Origin: Diplonema papillatum
Lineage: Eukaryota
Assembly: GCA_030068145.1 (NCBI GenBank)
Contig: JAPJBO010001038.1
Location: 1-64,000, forward strand
Direction of reading: 5' to 3'
DNA: 64,000 bases
Shown: one piece after another, positions 1 through 10,997 of the stretch
Layout of the letters: every line of letters starts with the position of its first letter
How positions within the stretch are numbered: position 1 is the stretch's first letter
Position numbers and translations under genes: made by a program
The notes under the pieces: generated by a model
The model's input: the letters and a program-made list of their open reading frames with translations, nothing else
What the model was told of the DNA's origin: nothing
Databases searched by the model: none

Positions 1-370
1 ATGCAGTACGTTGCCAACTACCAAATTCTAAGTTCACCTTCTAAGCGCGCGCCAGGCACCGTAGGGTGCAGACGCATTGACGCCACTTCCCGGGGAAGGA
101 GGTTACCCCTGTGTCAGCGAAGCATAAGTCGGATAGTCTGAGGTCGATGTTTGACAGCACATGGTATCCCATGCATTTGTTTGACGCTAAGTTAAGTCTT
201 CGAAGAGAATGTTGGATGCATTAGTAGTAGTCGTTTGAACTTGTTATGCAGCAACAATCTGTGTCGATAGACTGCACATAGTAGTCGTTAGCCGGCGTTG
301 CCAGGTCCCCACATCGCCCGCGCTTCGCCGCTGGACGGAAAACAGAGTCGATGGCAAGCAAGACGGACTG

Positions 371-632
371 TTTTATTTCCCTTCTCTGGGGAAGAGCTGC
401 CGCGCCAAACCTCGCTTCTTTGTACCACATGCGGAGAAAAGAGAAAGAGAGACATAAATAGAGACAGAGAGGGTTTGGAGGAGGACGCTGGCGTGCGTCG
501 GGGCCAGTGAGAAGCACCGGCCACCTTGCTAGATACATCCTGCCGCGGAAAAGGAGCCCTTTCATTCGCTGGGGTCAGCACCCCTGCGGAGGCCCTCTTC
601 CGTGTGCCTTCACGCGGAAGGAAACAGTAGGC
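371..632. repeat. SIRE-like terminal module 'A' (solo copy). A near-identical copy at 1777-2040 forms the 3' end of the DIRS-like element.
   Basis: ~260-bp near-identical direct repeat of 1777-2040 (ttttatttcccttctctggggaagagctgccgcgcc...cggaaggaaacagtaggca), read directly from the sequence. Confidence 0.7.
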
Positions 633-784
633 AGGATTGTATCGGTCTGTGTTGAGCAAGGATTTCTTCTTCCTTGTCGCACAAGGGGAAAGGAGGAGGA
701 AAACAGAAGATCCAGGGCAGTGCGGAGGGGATGCAGTAATCACGCTTCCAGCCTCATGCACGCACGTGCCCGATGCCCTCTGTG

Positions 785-1500
785 GAGCGGAAGGAAGTCA
801 GCCCTCTGCTGAGGGGAAAAGCTGCATAGCCCTCTGCGGAGGGAAAAGCAACGTCATTTCCCGCACGGGGAAGCCCGCCCTCTGCTGAGGGGAAAACGCT
901 GCACGATGCCACCCCTGCTGGGGAGCCCTCTGCGGAGGGAGCGCGACGTCATTTCCCGCACGGGGAAGCCAGCCCTCTGCTGAGGGGAAAACGCTGCACG
1001 ATGCCACCCCTGCTGGGGAGCCCTCTGCGGAGGGAGCGCGACGTCATTTCCCGCACGGGGAAGCCAGCCCTCTGCTGAGGGGAAAACGCTGCACGATGCC
1101 ACCCCTGCTGGGGAGCCCTCTGCGGAGGGAGCGCGACGTCATTTCCCGCACGGGGAAGCCAGCCCTCTGCTGAGGGGAAAACGCTGCACGATGCCACCCC
1201 TGCTGGGGAGCCCTCTGCGGAGGGAGCGCGACGTCATTTCCCGCACGGGGAAGCCAGCCCTCTGCTGAGGGGAAAACGCTGCACGATGCCACCCCTGCTG
1301 GGGAGCCCTCTGCGGAGGGAGCGCGACGTCATTTCCCGCACGGGGAAGCCAGCCCTCTGCTGAGGGGAAAACGCTGCACGATGCCACCCCTGCTGGGGAG
1401 CCCTCTGCGGAGGGAGTGCGACGTCATTTCCCGCACGGGGAAGCCAGCCCTCTGCCGAGGGGAAACGCTGCACGATGCCATCGGGGGACCCTCGCGGAGG
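785..1500. repeat. 95-bp tandem repeat array, ~7 copies.
   Basis: ORF track shows identical 82-aa ORFs phased every 95 bp (854, 949, 1044, 1139, 1234). Unit is GGGAAAACGCTGCACGATGCCACCCCTGCTGGGGAGCCCTCTGCGGAGGGAGCGCGACGTCATTTCCCGCACGGGGAAGCCAGCCCTCTGCTGAG. Confidence 0.9.
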
Positions 1501-1552
1501 GAAGAAGTTCATGGCGCGATACCCTCATCGCATTGGGAGGGAGGGAGGGAAC

Positions 1553-1776
1553 TTTTTTAAGCCCGGCGGAGGTCAACTGACCGGAGCTACCGGGGAGAGT
1601 GTGCTTACGTTGTGTGGTAACCTGATACGTTCGTGTGGTATGCGTCGATTGTCTAATGAGCTTGAAGCCCCGCATGGGCGCTTTGTTCCGTGCTGTGGGC
1701 GCCGCCCGATGCACGCGGTGATTCGTTTGCGACAATAAAACCTGAGGGAAAAAGACTGCGTGTTTATCCCTCTCAA
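1553..1776. repeat. SIRE-like terminal module 'B'. Contiguous with module A' and identical to 5803-6028.
   Basis: 224-bp near-identical direct repeat of 5803-6028 (acttttttaagcccggcggaggtcaactgaccgg...gtgtttatccctctcaa). Confidence 0.7.
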
Positions 1777-2080
1777 TTTTATTTCCCTTCTCTGGGGAAG
1801 AGCTGCCGCGCCAAACCTCGCTTCTTTGTACCACATGCGGAGAAAAGAGAAAGAGAGACATAAATAGAGACAGAGAGGGTTTGGAGGAGGACGCTGGCGT
1901 GCGTCGGGGCCAGTGAGAAGCACCGGCCACCTTGCTAGATACATCCTGCCGCGGAAAAGGAGCCCTTTCATTCGCTGGGGTCAGCACCCCTGCGGAGGCC
2001 CTCTTCCGTGTGCCTTCACGCGGAAGGAAACAGTAGGCATTATTTAAAGACGCCGCGCCCCCCTCCCCCCCCTCAATCTC

Positions 2081-3870
2081 TCAGTCTCTGGTGTCCAGGT
2101 CGGCGACCATGTTCTCGCCCGGAACCAGATGGGTGAGCACGTCCGCATCGCGCAGGCGCTCCTGCATCTCAACGATGAGGCGGTTTTCCGCTGGGTGCGG
2201 GGACGCAAGCTTTCGGTGGCGGCTCTCGGCCGTGCTGTTGTCGTGGAAGACATCCAGCGTCACCCACCCAGTCGTGACGTGTCGAGCCAGCAGGACGCCA
2301 AGAATCGCCGTCACCAGCTCGCGCCGCCGAATCGGCGTCGGCGGAGCCAGCCTCGCCAGCCGATCCTTCCATCTCCAGCTCTCGCGAGCGAGGACGGTCC
2401 GTCGCGTCGGATCCAGGACGACCACCCCACCTCCCTGGTCGGATGCGTCCGTCCAGACGTGCACTCGCCGCGCTGGGCGCCTGACTCTGCGGGGGGAAGC
2501 GTCCCCCAGCCAGCGATCACCAGCTTCCAGCTCCGCGAGCAGCTCCTGCGGGAGCTCCACGAGCGTGTCCCAGTCGCGGTAGGTGAGGCACCTGCCACTC
2601 ACCAGTCGGCTCGCACGCAGCAGCCCGGGATACGCCGCCGCCGGGGACCTCATGACGTACAGTGCCCAGCGCAGGCACCCGATACGCTGTGCCAGGGCCC
2701 GGAAGGACGTCACGCGTTGCGGCTTGTTCGCGCGGCAGACTGCTGCCCATTCCCGCGGGATCGCGATCGTCTTTGTAGCTAGGTCCAGATCCAGACCGTT
2801 GAAGGTACCGACTTGCGAGGGGCCTTGCGCCTTGTCCTCCCGGATCTGGATCCTGGTGTCGGCAAGCACGGCCCTCAGGCTCCGCTCGTCCCGGACGACG
2901 TCGGACCTTGTCCAGCCCCCGTAGGCTATGTCGTCGTAGATCGCCAGACTGCGGCTTCCGATGCCGGCCAGTCGGCGGACCCCCAGGGTCGTCAGCTGGG
3001 CGATCGCCGGCGCGCGCGCAATGCCCGGGACGGCTATCCGGAAGACGTAGTACGCGTTGGCCGCCCTAAACCCCAGGTAGTCCGCCAGCGCGTCGGACAC
3101 CGGAAGCTGGTAGAAGTAGCCCAGCAGGTCTAGGGTCGCGAACCAAGCGTGGTCCAGGACGAAGCCCTCCACATCCCTGAGCGACGGGGTGATGGGGGAC
3201 AGCGGTTGGGAGGTGCGGCTGTCAAAGGGCCTGCCATCGATCAGCAGACGGGTCTCTTCCTTCCCCTTTTTCGGGATTTTGAACACCTTCAGAGTGATCC
3301 GCGGCCTCTTTTCGACTCTCCTAACGACGCCACTCTGCAGCATCACCGCCAGGTCGGCCTCAGTGATGTCCGAGCTCGGTGGAGCGTGGTGCCTCTCGTG
3401 CGAGAGGAGCATGGGCTCTCGCGTCAGCTGGCGCAGGACGCGAATCTCGTCCTCCCACAGGCCTCGCTCGACCTTCCCGTAGTCGGCCTTTGTGACCGGC
3501 ATGGTGTCGATGGGCCCGCGGGACGTTCTGTACACCGGGCTCGGTGCCTTCGTGTACGTCCTCGATGCCAGTTCCGATAGCGCCTCTTCCTGAGCCCGAA
3601 CCCCTTCGACGTGCGTGCTCACGTCCCCGCGCAGCAGCCAGTCTTCCAAGGTCACCGCCCTGTCGAAGTCGGCCTCGCTCTGCTCGCCCATGTCGCCCCG
3701 TAACCGGCTTTCCCCCCATGCGAGCAGGCGGTCCAGATACCCGGCTGCCCCGGGATGGCGGCTGTTTGCCCAGTCCCGCAGGGGATGCGAGCTCTTCAGG
3801 TCCTGTGCGTACTCGGGGCAGAACGTGCTCGTCCTGGCCGCACCCTTCACCTTGAGCACGCCATCAGGTC
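2081..3870 (-). CDS. DIRS ORF3: reverse transcriptase (YDDI motif) plus RNase H (TDAS motif). The 5' end overlaps ORF2 by frameshift.
   Basis: In the 932-aa ORF, residues ~341 onward contain the RT fingers (LKVFKIPKKGKEETRLLIDGRPFD), the catalytic SLAIYDDIAYGG, and RNase H VWTDASDQGGGVVV. The first ~340 aa are a GC-rich spurious extension overlapping ORF2 and ORF1. Confidence 0.7.
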
Positions 3871-4713
3871 GCCGCTCACCGGCGTGTGGAGCAGCAGCGA
3901 CGCGCGAGCCGTCCTCACGCTGTCCGGGGTCAGGCAGCCCCAGAGATAACGCTTCAACGTGTCCTTGGACTGGTGACGGGCCATGAGCAGGAGGTCCTCC
4001 CAGCCCGCCCCGCTTCTGGCCAGGTGCTGGAGCGCCCCTCTCTTCCAGCTGTGCTCTGCACAAACCGGGAACAGCTTCCTCGCTTCCCGCAACAGCTTCC
4101 TCGTCGTGGCCTCGGTGAAGCGAGCCCCCCGCTGCACCCACCTGCTTACTCGCAGCGCCACGCCCAGGGGGACCCGGTAAGTCACCTCTGACTCCCTCAT
4201 ACGAAGGCTCGCCTCCTTCGTGGTCCACCACGAAACTCGGAGCAGACCCGGCCCCACGATGACCACGTCTGTCGGGGCCAGGGCCCGCAGGTCCGCCATC
4301 CGCAGCGCTCCCGCCCACGCCAGGCAGGCAGCCACCGTCACCTGCTCGTCGCCGCCCCTGACCAGCCCCTCGACGAGGGTCCGTTGCTGCTCCAGCGTGA
4401 TCGGGGGGGCATGCGCCGGCACTTCCCTGCGCTCGAGCCTGGCTTTGAGGATGGCCTTCTTCATGGCCGCCAGATCCCCCGACGGCACCCCGAGCTTCGC
4501 CCCCAGCACCTCGACGTACTTGCCGACGGAGGCCGTGCGCATCTCGCCGGTCCTCGGCCTGCCTCTCTGCCCCGGCACCCTCGCGACGTACGCTTCCAAC
4601 TGCTCCTGTGTCATGCCCTTGCCGAGCATGGCGGTCGCGAACGCCTTGATTCTCAGCGCGGGGGGAGCCGCCTGCAACCCCGCCACGGCTGTGAACCGCG
4701 TCAGCGACGCCAC
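3847..4713 (-). CDS. DIRS ORF2: tyrosine recombinase (phage-integrase-like).
   Basis: 288-aa ORF. The C-terminal region (...ARHQSKDTLKRYL...) is consistent with the R...H..R...Y catalytic tetrad of tyrosine recombinases. Position between gag and RT matches VIPER-type DIRS elements. Confidence 0.55.
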   Translation of the reverse strand: MASLTRFTAVAGLQAAPPALRIKAFATAMLGKGMTQEQLEAYVARVPGQRGRPRTGEMRTASVGKYVEVLGAKLGVPSGDLAAMKKAILKARLERREVPAHAPPITLEQQRTLVEGLVRGGDEQVTVAACLAWAGALRMADLRALAPTDVVIVGPGLLRVSWWTTKEASLRMRESEVTYRVPLGVALRVSRWVQRGARFTEATTRKLLREARKLFPVCAEHSWKRGALQHLARSGAGWEDLLLMARHQSKDTLKRYLWGCLTPDSVRTARASLLLHTPVSGDLMACSR

Positions 4714-4815
4714 GATCGACGCCCGCTGCGCCGTCGTCTTCTTCGAGGTCGCGCCGCCCTCGAAAACCGCGACCCGCCTCTCCCACGCGGCAAACCCCCC
4801 TCTCTGGGAGGGGAG

Positions 4816-5778
4816 TCACCCGTTTTTTGTCCTGCGGGAGACGGGCCCGTGCGAGAAACGGCAGTCCACCCTTGTGCATCTGCCTGCTTTGAAATTGCGG
4901 CAGGCCGGCGCCTGACGCGGAGGGACCCCCCGAGCGCGGGGCGGAACCGACTTGGGCGCCGCCTTAAACTGCGCCGTGAACCGGCGCCGGGCCTGCCGCA
5001 CTCTCTCGGGCAGAAGTTCCACCCTCAGCACGTCGCGCATCACTAGCGCTGCGCTGGGGTCGCGGGTCTCGTACTCCGCGTTCTGCTCCTCGTAGGAGTG
5101 GAAGAGCCCCCCCAGGCGGAGGATCCACATTCGTTTCGGGGGACCGGATTCCCCGCGGCGCAGGCGGACGAGGTCACGGACCCGTTCCGTGACATCGTCC
5201 CGCCTGTCCTGCAGCTGTTGGTTCCCTTTGAACCTGTACAGCCTTCGGACTGCGTCCTCAAACCCCCGCATGTTTGCCGCCGTCGGCTGCATTGTTCTCC
5301 ACCGCTCCGGGTCGAGGAACGCGAAGTCGTCATCGTCGTCATCGTCGCCGACGTCCTGCCCCGCGACTGCCGCGCCATCCAGCAGCGCGAGCACCTCGCG
5401 CTCGTCTTCGAGGCTGCCCAGCTCCCGCTGCAGCGTCGGGCCCAGGCCCGCCCAGAACCCTGGGTCCTGCTCGTCAAAGGCGAGAAAGATTTCTTCCGCC
5501 CTCGCCCTCGGCAGGCCGGGCATGAGCTCGGCCGGCATCAGTGGTACCCCCCCCTCTCCCGGTAGCTCCTCTCCGCCTCTTGGCCTCTTGGCCTCCTTCT
5601 CCGCCTCGTCCTGCTCACGTGCCCTCTTCTGGGCAGCGCCGATCTCCCTCTCGGCGGCTTCAACTTCGGCCTCACGCCGGGCCAGGCCTGCCTCGAGATC
5701 GAGAAGGCGCTTCTCCAGGAGAGCCAGCCCCTCCGCGTCTCTCTGCAGGGCGTTCTGCTGTTGCTGCTTGGGGGGCAT
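4816..5778 (-). CDS. DIRS ORF1: gag-like protein with coiled-coil/acidic region and C-terminal CCCH zinc knuckle (CRNFKAGRCTRVDCRFSH).
   Basis: 320-aa ORF with a poly-D tract and a C-x5-C-x4-C-x3-H motif near the C-terminus. Sits at the 5' end of the element. Confidence 0.55.
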   Translation of the reverse strand: MPPKQQQQNALQRDAEGLALLEKRLLDLEAGLARREAEVEAAEREIGAAQKRAREQDEAEKEAKRPRGGEELPGEGGVPLMPAELMPGLPRARAEEIFLAFDEQDPGFWAGLGPTLQRELGSLEDEREVLALLDGAAVAGQDVGDDDDDDDFAFLDPERWRTMQPTAANMRGFEDAVRRLYRFKGNQQLQDRRDDVTERVRDLVRLRRGESGPPKRMWILRLGGLFHSYEEQNAEYETRDPSAALVMRDVLRVELLPERVRQARRRFTAQFKAAPKSVPPRARGVPPRQAPACRNFKAGRCTRVDCRFSHGPVSRRTKNG

Positions 5779-6024
5779 CGCAACTTGGGGAAACTTGGGG
5801 TAACTTTTTTAAGCCCGGCGGAGGTCAACTGACCGGAGCTACCGGGGAGAGTGTGCTTACGTTGTGTGGTAACCTGATACGTTCGTGTGGTATGCGTCGA
5901 TTGTCTAATGAGCTTGAAGCCCCGCATGGGCGCTTTGTTCCGTGCTGTGGGCGCCGCCCGATGCACGCGGTGATTCGTTTGCGACAATAAAACCTGAGGG
6001 AAAAAGACTGCGTGTTTATCCCTC

Positions 6025-6402
6025 TCAAGAAAAATCTGCATACTGGAACTTCGGCGGGACCGTTGGAATCAGCGCTTCCTGTTTCCGGAAGTAGAAGAGG
6101 TTGTGGCGGCCCGGGTTGACTCCCAACGCGGCGTGGAGCATTTCGAGCTCGGTGACCGACTTGCCGGGGGGGCACTCGCCCAGCCAGTCGAAGCAGTGGC
6201 CTGCATTTCTGCGCCTGCTGTTGATCTCGTCGACCGAAACCTGTGTGCGATGGGCTGGTTGGCGACGCGGCCGGCTTTCAACTGTTTCCCGGTGCTGAGT
6301 GGGGGGGAGAGGAACGGTCTTTACTTTTGCATTTTCAGTGGCACATGACCAATTCATTTTGCATTCCCGCCATGTCTTTCGAGCATGTTGTATGTCATTC
6401 AT
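6025..6402 (-). CDS. P-loop NTPase fragment (Walker A 'GECPPGKS'). Candidate next block of the TEP1-like gene. Abuts or is truncated by the DIRS element.
   Basis: The ORF C-terminal part CFDWLGECPPGKSVTELEMLHAALG matches GxxxxGK[ST]. It is colinear and same-strand with the DUF4062 block at 7.8-8.0 kb. Confidence 0.3.
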   Translation of the reverse strand: MNDIQHARKTWRECKMNWSCATENAKVKTVPLPPTQHRETVESRPRRQPAHRTQVSVDEINSRRRNAGHCFDWLGECPPGKSVTELEMLHAALGVNPGRHNLFYFRKQEALIPTVPPKFQYADFS

Positions 6403-7166
6403 ACCATCATTCTAATCGGCATTCCTCTTCATGAATCGCGAACGATCCTTTCCGTGGAATGTTAACACCGCCACTTGAGGTTATCGAGGCGAGGTCATGC
6501 CAGAATAGTTAGCCATGTCACTAGAGCGGAGTGCTGCTCCGATTCAGAATGTGATTGACTCACTCTAGTGATTTGCAGTCTTGCCAAATGATTGCCAGTC
6601 TCTTTCATTCGCCAGCTATGATTTCATTCCATGCGTGGTTAACCATCATACTACTAACGCCCCTCGGTACAGTGCCTTCCGGGAGGAGAGGGGAAAACGG
6701 GGAACACGGAATAGTTGAGCCGCTTCGTTTTGTTTGTGCGTGCCGATTGATCGTGTTTCCACTTGTCCTGTGGATCATTTTCACGGTTGGGAATTCTGAT
6801 CAAGCACCAAAACACGCTGCCTACATCTTTTTCGCCTGCAGCACAGTACACTTTTAAAGTTTCAGCGGGACAAACTCCGCAGCCAGGCAGTGGCTGGTTT
6901 CTCATTCCCAAGTGTCGAAGCGGTCTGGACAGTTCCTTGGCACATGCTAGCATCGCCTGCTGTCGAACCCGAGTAACAACAGCAGAGTCAGCAACTGATC
7001 CATGATGTCCATGATAATGCTCCAACACTCAAAAGGAAAGGGGGTTTCACGTTCCAGGGTGTAAAACTCTCGAAGGGGCTTTTTCCCCGTGGTTGCACTC
7101 GTTCGTTTGTGCTTCGTTCTCAGTACTCACCTGCAGACGTGTTCCGGAAGTGTTCCCTTCAGTACG

Positions 7167-7535
7167 GTGCTACTAAGAAAACACTTTCCCTTCAGTACGG
7201 TGCTACTAAGAAAACACTTTCCCTTCAGTACGGTGCTACTAAGAAAACACTTTCCCTTCAGTACGGTGCTACTAAGAAAACACTTTCCCTTCAGTACGGT
7301 GCTACTAAGAAAACACTTTCCCTTCAGTACGGTGCTACTAAGAAAACACTTTCCCTTCAGTACGGTGCTACTAAGAAAACACTTTCCCTTCAGTACGGTG
7401 CTACTAAGAAAAACTTTCCCTTCAGTACGGTGCTACTAAGAAAACACTAGTACGGTGCTACTAAGAAAACACTTTCCCTTCAGTACGGTGCTACTAAGAA
7501 AACACTTTCCCTTCAGTACGGTGCTACTAAGAAAA
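7167..7535. repeat. 33-bp tandem repeat, ~11 copies (CCTTCAGTACGGTGCTACTAAGAAAACACTTTC).
   Basis: Perfect 33-bp periodicity seen in the sequence and in the 11-aa-periodic ORFs. Confidence 0.9.
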
Positions 7536-7718
7536 CACTCGACGTTGCTGCTTTGACTCCGAATGGAAGGGGAGATACAGAGGTAAATACGCAAACACAA
7601 TACACAATCTGATTTGTTCTTCGCTCACACCACCGTGTGTTGTTTTCTCACTCAGGACTTGACCTGTTCAGTTTGTGGGTCTTGTCGTGTAGGTAGACTC
7701 GCATGACCTCACGTCCGT

Positions 7719-8864
7719 TCAACACGTGGTTCGGTAGTTGCAGCACTTGGGATTCCTCTGGATCGCATTTCCCCTTCCAAGCTGGCATGTAAAAGAAATG
7801 GAAAAAGGGGTGAAAGGGAGAAGGGGAAGGAAATAGAATACGTTGTAAGAGGAGGGCGTGTGGCCATAACGGTCCCCCACGAGTCCTATGAAGAAAGGCT
7901 TGCAGCGTTCGACTTCGTTGAGGCACAGAGACGTCGATAGGCCATTGTCGGCGTCTTGGGACGTGATGCCCCACCGCAGGTCGATGTCAACCAGCCGGAT
8001 TTTGTACCCGCGCGCGGCACACCAGCGTCGCAGGGTGGGGAATACTTCGGTGGACAACAGGTGCCGCTCGGTTTGCATGTCGAGGAACGTCGACGAAATA
8101 AAGACGCGGATCGTGGCCCATCCCCCTGAAGCGCCGTCCGTGCTCGTGACGGCGAGGGACCCCATGTGCGACTGCATGTGCGACTGAGACCGCGCGGCCG
8201 TCTCGTTCTCTTCGTACTCTTCTTCCTCCTCCGCTTCTTCTTCATCGCTGGGGCCGACGCTGGGCTTCTCTTCCGTTTCCTCGCTCTCTTCGTCTTCCTC
8301 TTCTTCTTCGGCGTCGCCGGCGCATCCTTTTCCTCCGACCCTCGGCCCTGCCAGCATCTCGAAGTTGACCTTGTCCTTCTTCACGCGCTTCACCTCGTCT
8401 ATCCGTTCGACGTACTCCAACTGCGCAGCGCCCCGCTCCGCTACGAAGCGAAGGATCGAATCGGAGAACCCCGTAACGTACGCGTCGTTCGTCGCGTCCG
8501 ACGGCAGCTTGCAGCCGCCGCCGCCGGCGATGTCCACCGAGATGTAGAACAGATCGGGGTTGATCAGCTGCCGCATCTTCTTCACGTACGCCGACAGGCC
8601 CCCGTTGCGCAGCGGATTCTCGTCGGAGAAGTCCTGCCCGCTGTCGCCGACGGCGCTGTCGTCGATCACGATCAAGTTGTCGACCCACGTCTGTGTTGTT
8701 GGACTAAGTATGCTGGAGGACCCTTTTCCCCGGACGTAAAAGCTAACGTTGCAGGTGCAGCAAAGGATGACTATGTATTCGAGAAACAACAACAGGGTGC
8801 TGCCAGCGAGCCCCGATTCGACTGTCTGAGACACAAAACGTGCATTGAAAGCATCGAACCGCAT
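7719..8864 (-). CDS. TEP1/Ro60-like gene block: C-terminal vWA part of the TROVE module, an acidic linker, and a DUF4062-like domain.
   Basis: 'AYVKKMRQLINPDLFYISVDIAGGGG...GFSDSILRFV' resembles the Ro60/TEP1 vWA C-terminus. 'IRVFISSTFLDMQTERHLLSTEVFPTLRRWCAARGYKIRLVDIDLRWG' resembles DUF4062, which is found N-terminal to NACHT in TEP1/NWD proteins. The last ~45 aa of the ORF (KCCNYRTTC) run into a dispersed repeat and are probably not coding. Confidence 0.5.
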   Translation of the reverse strand: MRFDAFNARFVSQTVESGLAGSTLLLFLEYIVILCCTCNVSFYVRGKGSSSILSPTTQTWVDNLIVIDDSAVGDSGQDFSDENPLRNGGLSAYVKKMRQLINPDLFYISVDIAGGGGCKLPSDATNDAYVTGFSDSILRFVAERGAAQLEYVERIDEVKRVKKDKVNFEMLAGPRVGGKGCAGDAEEEEEDEESEETEEKPSVGPSDEEEAEEEEEYEENETAARSQSHMQSHMGSLAVTSTDGASGGWATIRVFISSTFLDMQTERHLLSTEVFPTLRRWCAARGYKIRLVDIDLRWGITSQDADNGLSTSLCLNEVERCKPFFIGLVGDRYGHTPSSYNVFYFLPLLPFTPFSISFTCQLGRGNAIQRNPKCCNYRTTC

Positions 8865-10039
8865 CGCGATGACTCGAGTTCTCTAACGGCCTCGGGTGAT
8901 GCTTGTCCTAGCCAGGGGGATACCCGCCGATATTCCTGCACCCCGGACCCCCACTCCGGATTGTGGGAGTGGTTTTGCGGTCGTTTGTGCGGTCGGCCTC
9001 ACTCCCTCAATGCGGGAGTGGCCACTCCCGCATTGACTTAGTATATGGCTGCTGAAGTCCGGGTGTCCTTAATGACTTCCTTATTTGGACCATCGTCGAA
9101 AGGGTTCCTATATGGTATCGTATTCTGGTTTGCATATCGTACCTGTGGCAGTACCAGTGCGTGTGCATGTGTCTGTCCTTGTTGCCCATTGCCGACTATG
9201 TGTTGGTGTCGTTCCTTCCCGATCTTGCGCCAGGGTAGAACTCGAAACAAATCGTTGACTGTGCAGGCCACGGATGACTATTTATAAAACAACGTGGAGC
9301 TTCTTTAACAAGTTAGCAAGCTGCCATGACTGCGCTGATCCGTATTTCTGGCGGGAGGCTAACGGATACAGCGATGCAAAGATGCAACGATGCAAAGAAC
9401 TTCGAAATACTCGACGTAGCTGCATTGTTAACTACTTAAGGACGGAGGGGGGCAGGGTTAAATTTGGGAAAAGGGCTCCACGTCGATGCGGTTCGACGTT
9501 ACCCTCGCCAGAGGGAGCCCCGCGTCCGCCCGCCTACCCGGAGCCACTCGACACCCTGGAAGTGAGGGCGTCGACGAGTAGGTCGAGCTGGACACGTTGT
9601 CCGAGGCTTCGTCGTACACCGCCAGCCCGCCCGCGATGCCCTGCAGCCGCCTCTGCAGCCCTGCAAGACGCGACGCATCCCGACCCACTCCGCCTACACG
9701 GCCACCGCGACCGGCCGGCTGCGGGCCCCCAACGGCAAGCACCCACGTCGGCGAGAGCGAACGGCGGCCGCACCCGTCCCCGCGGCGCTTTCCCCCGTCC
9801 ACCCTCGGTCGCTTCCTCACCCAGCGACCAAAGGCCTGCCGCTCGTCGTCCGGCTCGTCCGCCCGACTGCGGCCGTCCACCCGCACCACGCGCTCCACCG
9901 GACGGGTTGTGGGCCCTCCCGTCCATCTCTTCCACGCGCGCGTCCATGTCACCGCCATTCTAACCCTACCATTCGGAGTCCCGAGAGCAGTAAGGCGGTT
10001 AGTCACGCCTTAGCAGTCCCAGGGCCTCTCCCCTCCCAC

Positions 10040-10696
10040 CTATATGTGTCTCGCTGTCATCGCTACCGCGCTGACATTTCCGAGAGAGAGAGAGAGAAAG
10101 AGAGGGAGATGGAAGGACACCTCGTTGCTCAGGATGCCGTTCAGCACGTCGAACGGGAACTTGAGGTTCGCTGCCGCCTTGCCGGTGCTGCGCATTTGGA
10201 GGACGGTGTCGTTGGCGGCTTGGAGGTTGCGCAGGATGGTGCCGTCCTGCAGGTTGGCGATGGCCGCAGACCCGCCTTCGTCGGAGTCGTACAGGTAGAT
10301 GTCGCAGTCCTCGCAGCCGTACTTGAGCATGAGGGCCAGCAGGATGGACAGTTCGCGGAGGGTCCGCACGGAACCGATGCCTTTGGACGAGGCTGCGGTG
10401 ATGGGCGCGTTCAGCGCCTCCTTCGCGTTGCAGAGAACCAGCGTTTTGCCGTAGATGGGTTTAATGTTGTACGTCGTCGCGTGCCTCACCGCCGTGTCCA
10501 GCGCATCCGCGTACGATTCGATGACGTCCGGCGTCGGTATGTTCTTCGGCACGATCACCTTCTGCAAACGCCGCTGCTCCCCGTCGGCTGCGCCGGCTTT
10601 CCCCGCCTTCCCGGGTTTCCCGCCTTTTCCGGTCTTCGACCCCTTCTTCCCTTTGTCCTTGCCTTTGCCCTTGCCTTTGCCCTTCCCAGCGAACAT
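10040..10696 (-). CDS. Probable vWA-like N-terminal block of the same TROVE/TEP1-like gene, preceded by a K/G-rich linker.
   Basis: Weak Ro60-vWA-like pattern (KTLVLCNAKEAL...CDIYLYDSDEG...TILRNLQAANDTVLQMRSTG). Same strand and colinear between the TROVE-middle and vWA-C blocks. Confidence 0.3.
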   Translation of the reverse strand: MFAGKGKGKGKGKDKGKKGSKTGKGGKPGKAGKAGAADGEQRRLQKVIVPKNIPTPDVIESYADALDTAVRHATTYNIKPIYGKTLVLCNAKEALNAPITAASSKGIGSVRTLRELSILLALMLKYGCEDCDIYLYDSDEGGSAAIANLQDGTILRNLQAANDTVLQMRSTGKAAANLKFPFDVLNGILSNEVSFHLPLFLSLSLGNVSAVAMTARHI

Positions 10697-10997
10697 CGCC
10701 GGCGGCGCCTCCGGCTTCGGCGCGGCTCCCTTCCCAGCCTTGCCCAGGGTCTTGCCCCACAGGTCGGCCAGCGACTCGGCCGCCCGTCCCGCGCCCTTCG
10801 AGCCTTTGGCTTTCTTTTTCTCGGCTTCGAGCAGCCGCTGCTCCTCGACGTACTGCGTCGCCTGTGGAGGATAATATTATCATAATGTCACTCTTCTAAG
10901 AAGCCGTTTGTGCTTCCGACGATCCCGTATGGGCGTACAGATTGGTGTCTTTCGACGTTTTGTGCGTGTGAGGTGCAGCTTTGTGTGTGGTGTGACG

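Larger units (their letters stand above)
1777..6028 (-). mobile_element. DIRS-like (VIPER/TATE-type) tyrosine-recombinase retrotransposon, apparently complete (~4.25 kb).
   Basis: Three overlapping minus-strand ORFs in canonical DIRS order: gag-like with CCCH, then tyrosine recombinase, then RT-RNase H. The ends are two different repeat modules (5803-6028 and 1777-2040) that recur contiguously elsewhere (1553-2040). This resembles the split-SIRE ends described for VIPER. Confidence 0.75.

Noticed and set aside
785-1500. Regularly spaced repeats, here and in the 33-bp, 632-bp and 20-25-bp arrays, that superficially resemble a CRISPR array.
   Set aside because: This is eukaryotic DNA. The arrays are pure tandem repeats with no unique spacers. 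The flanks show no leader or cas context.
3871-4879. First ~340 aa of the 932-aa ORF (2081..4879).
   Set aside because: This part is out-of-frame overlap with the tyrosine-recombinase and gag ORFs (a G/R/A-rich junk translation). Only the portion downstream of ~3870 encodes RT/RNase H.
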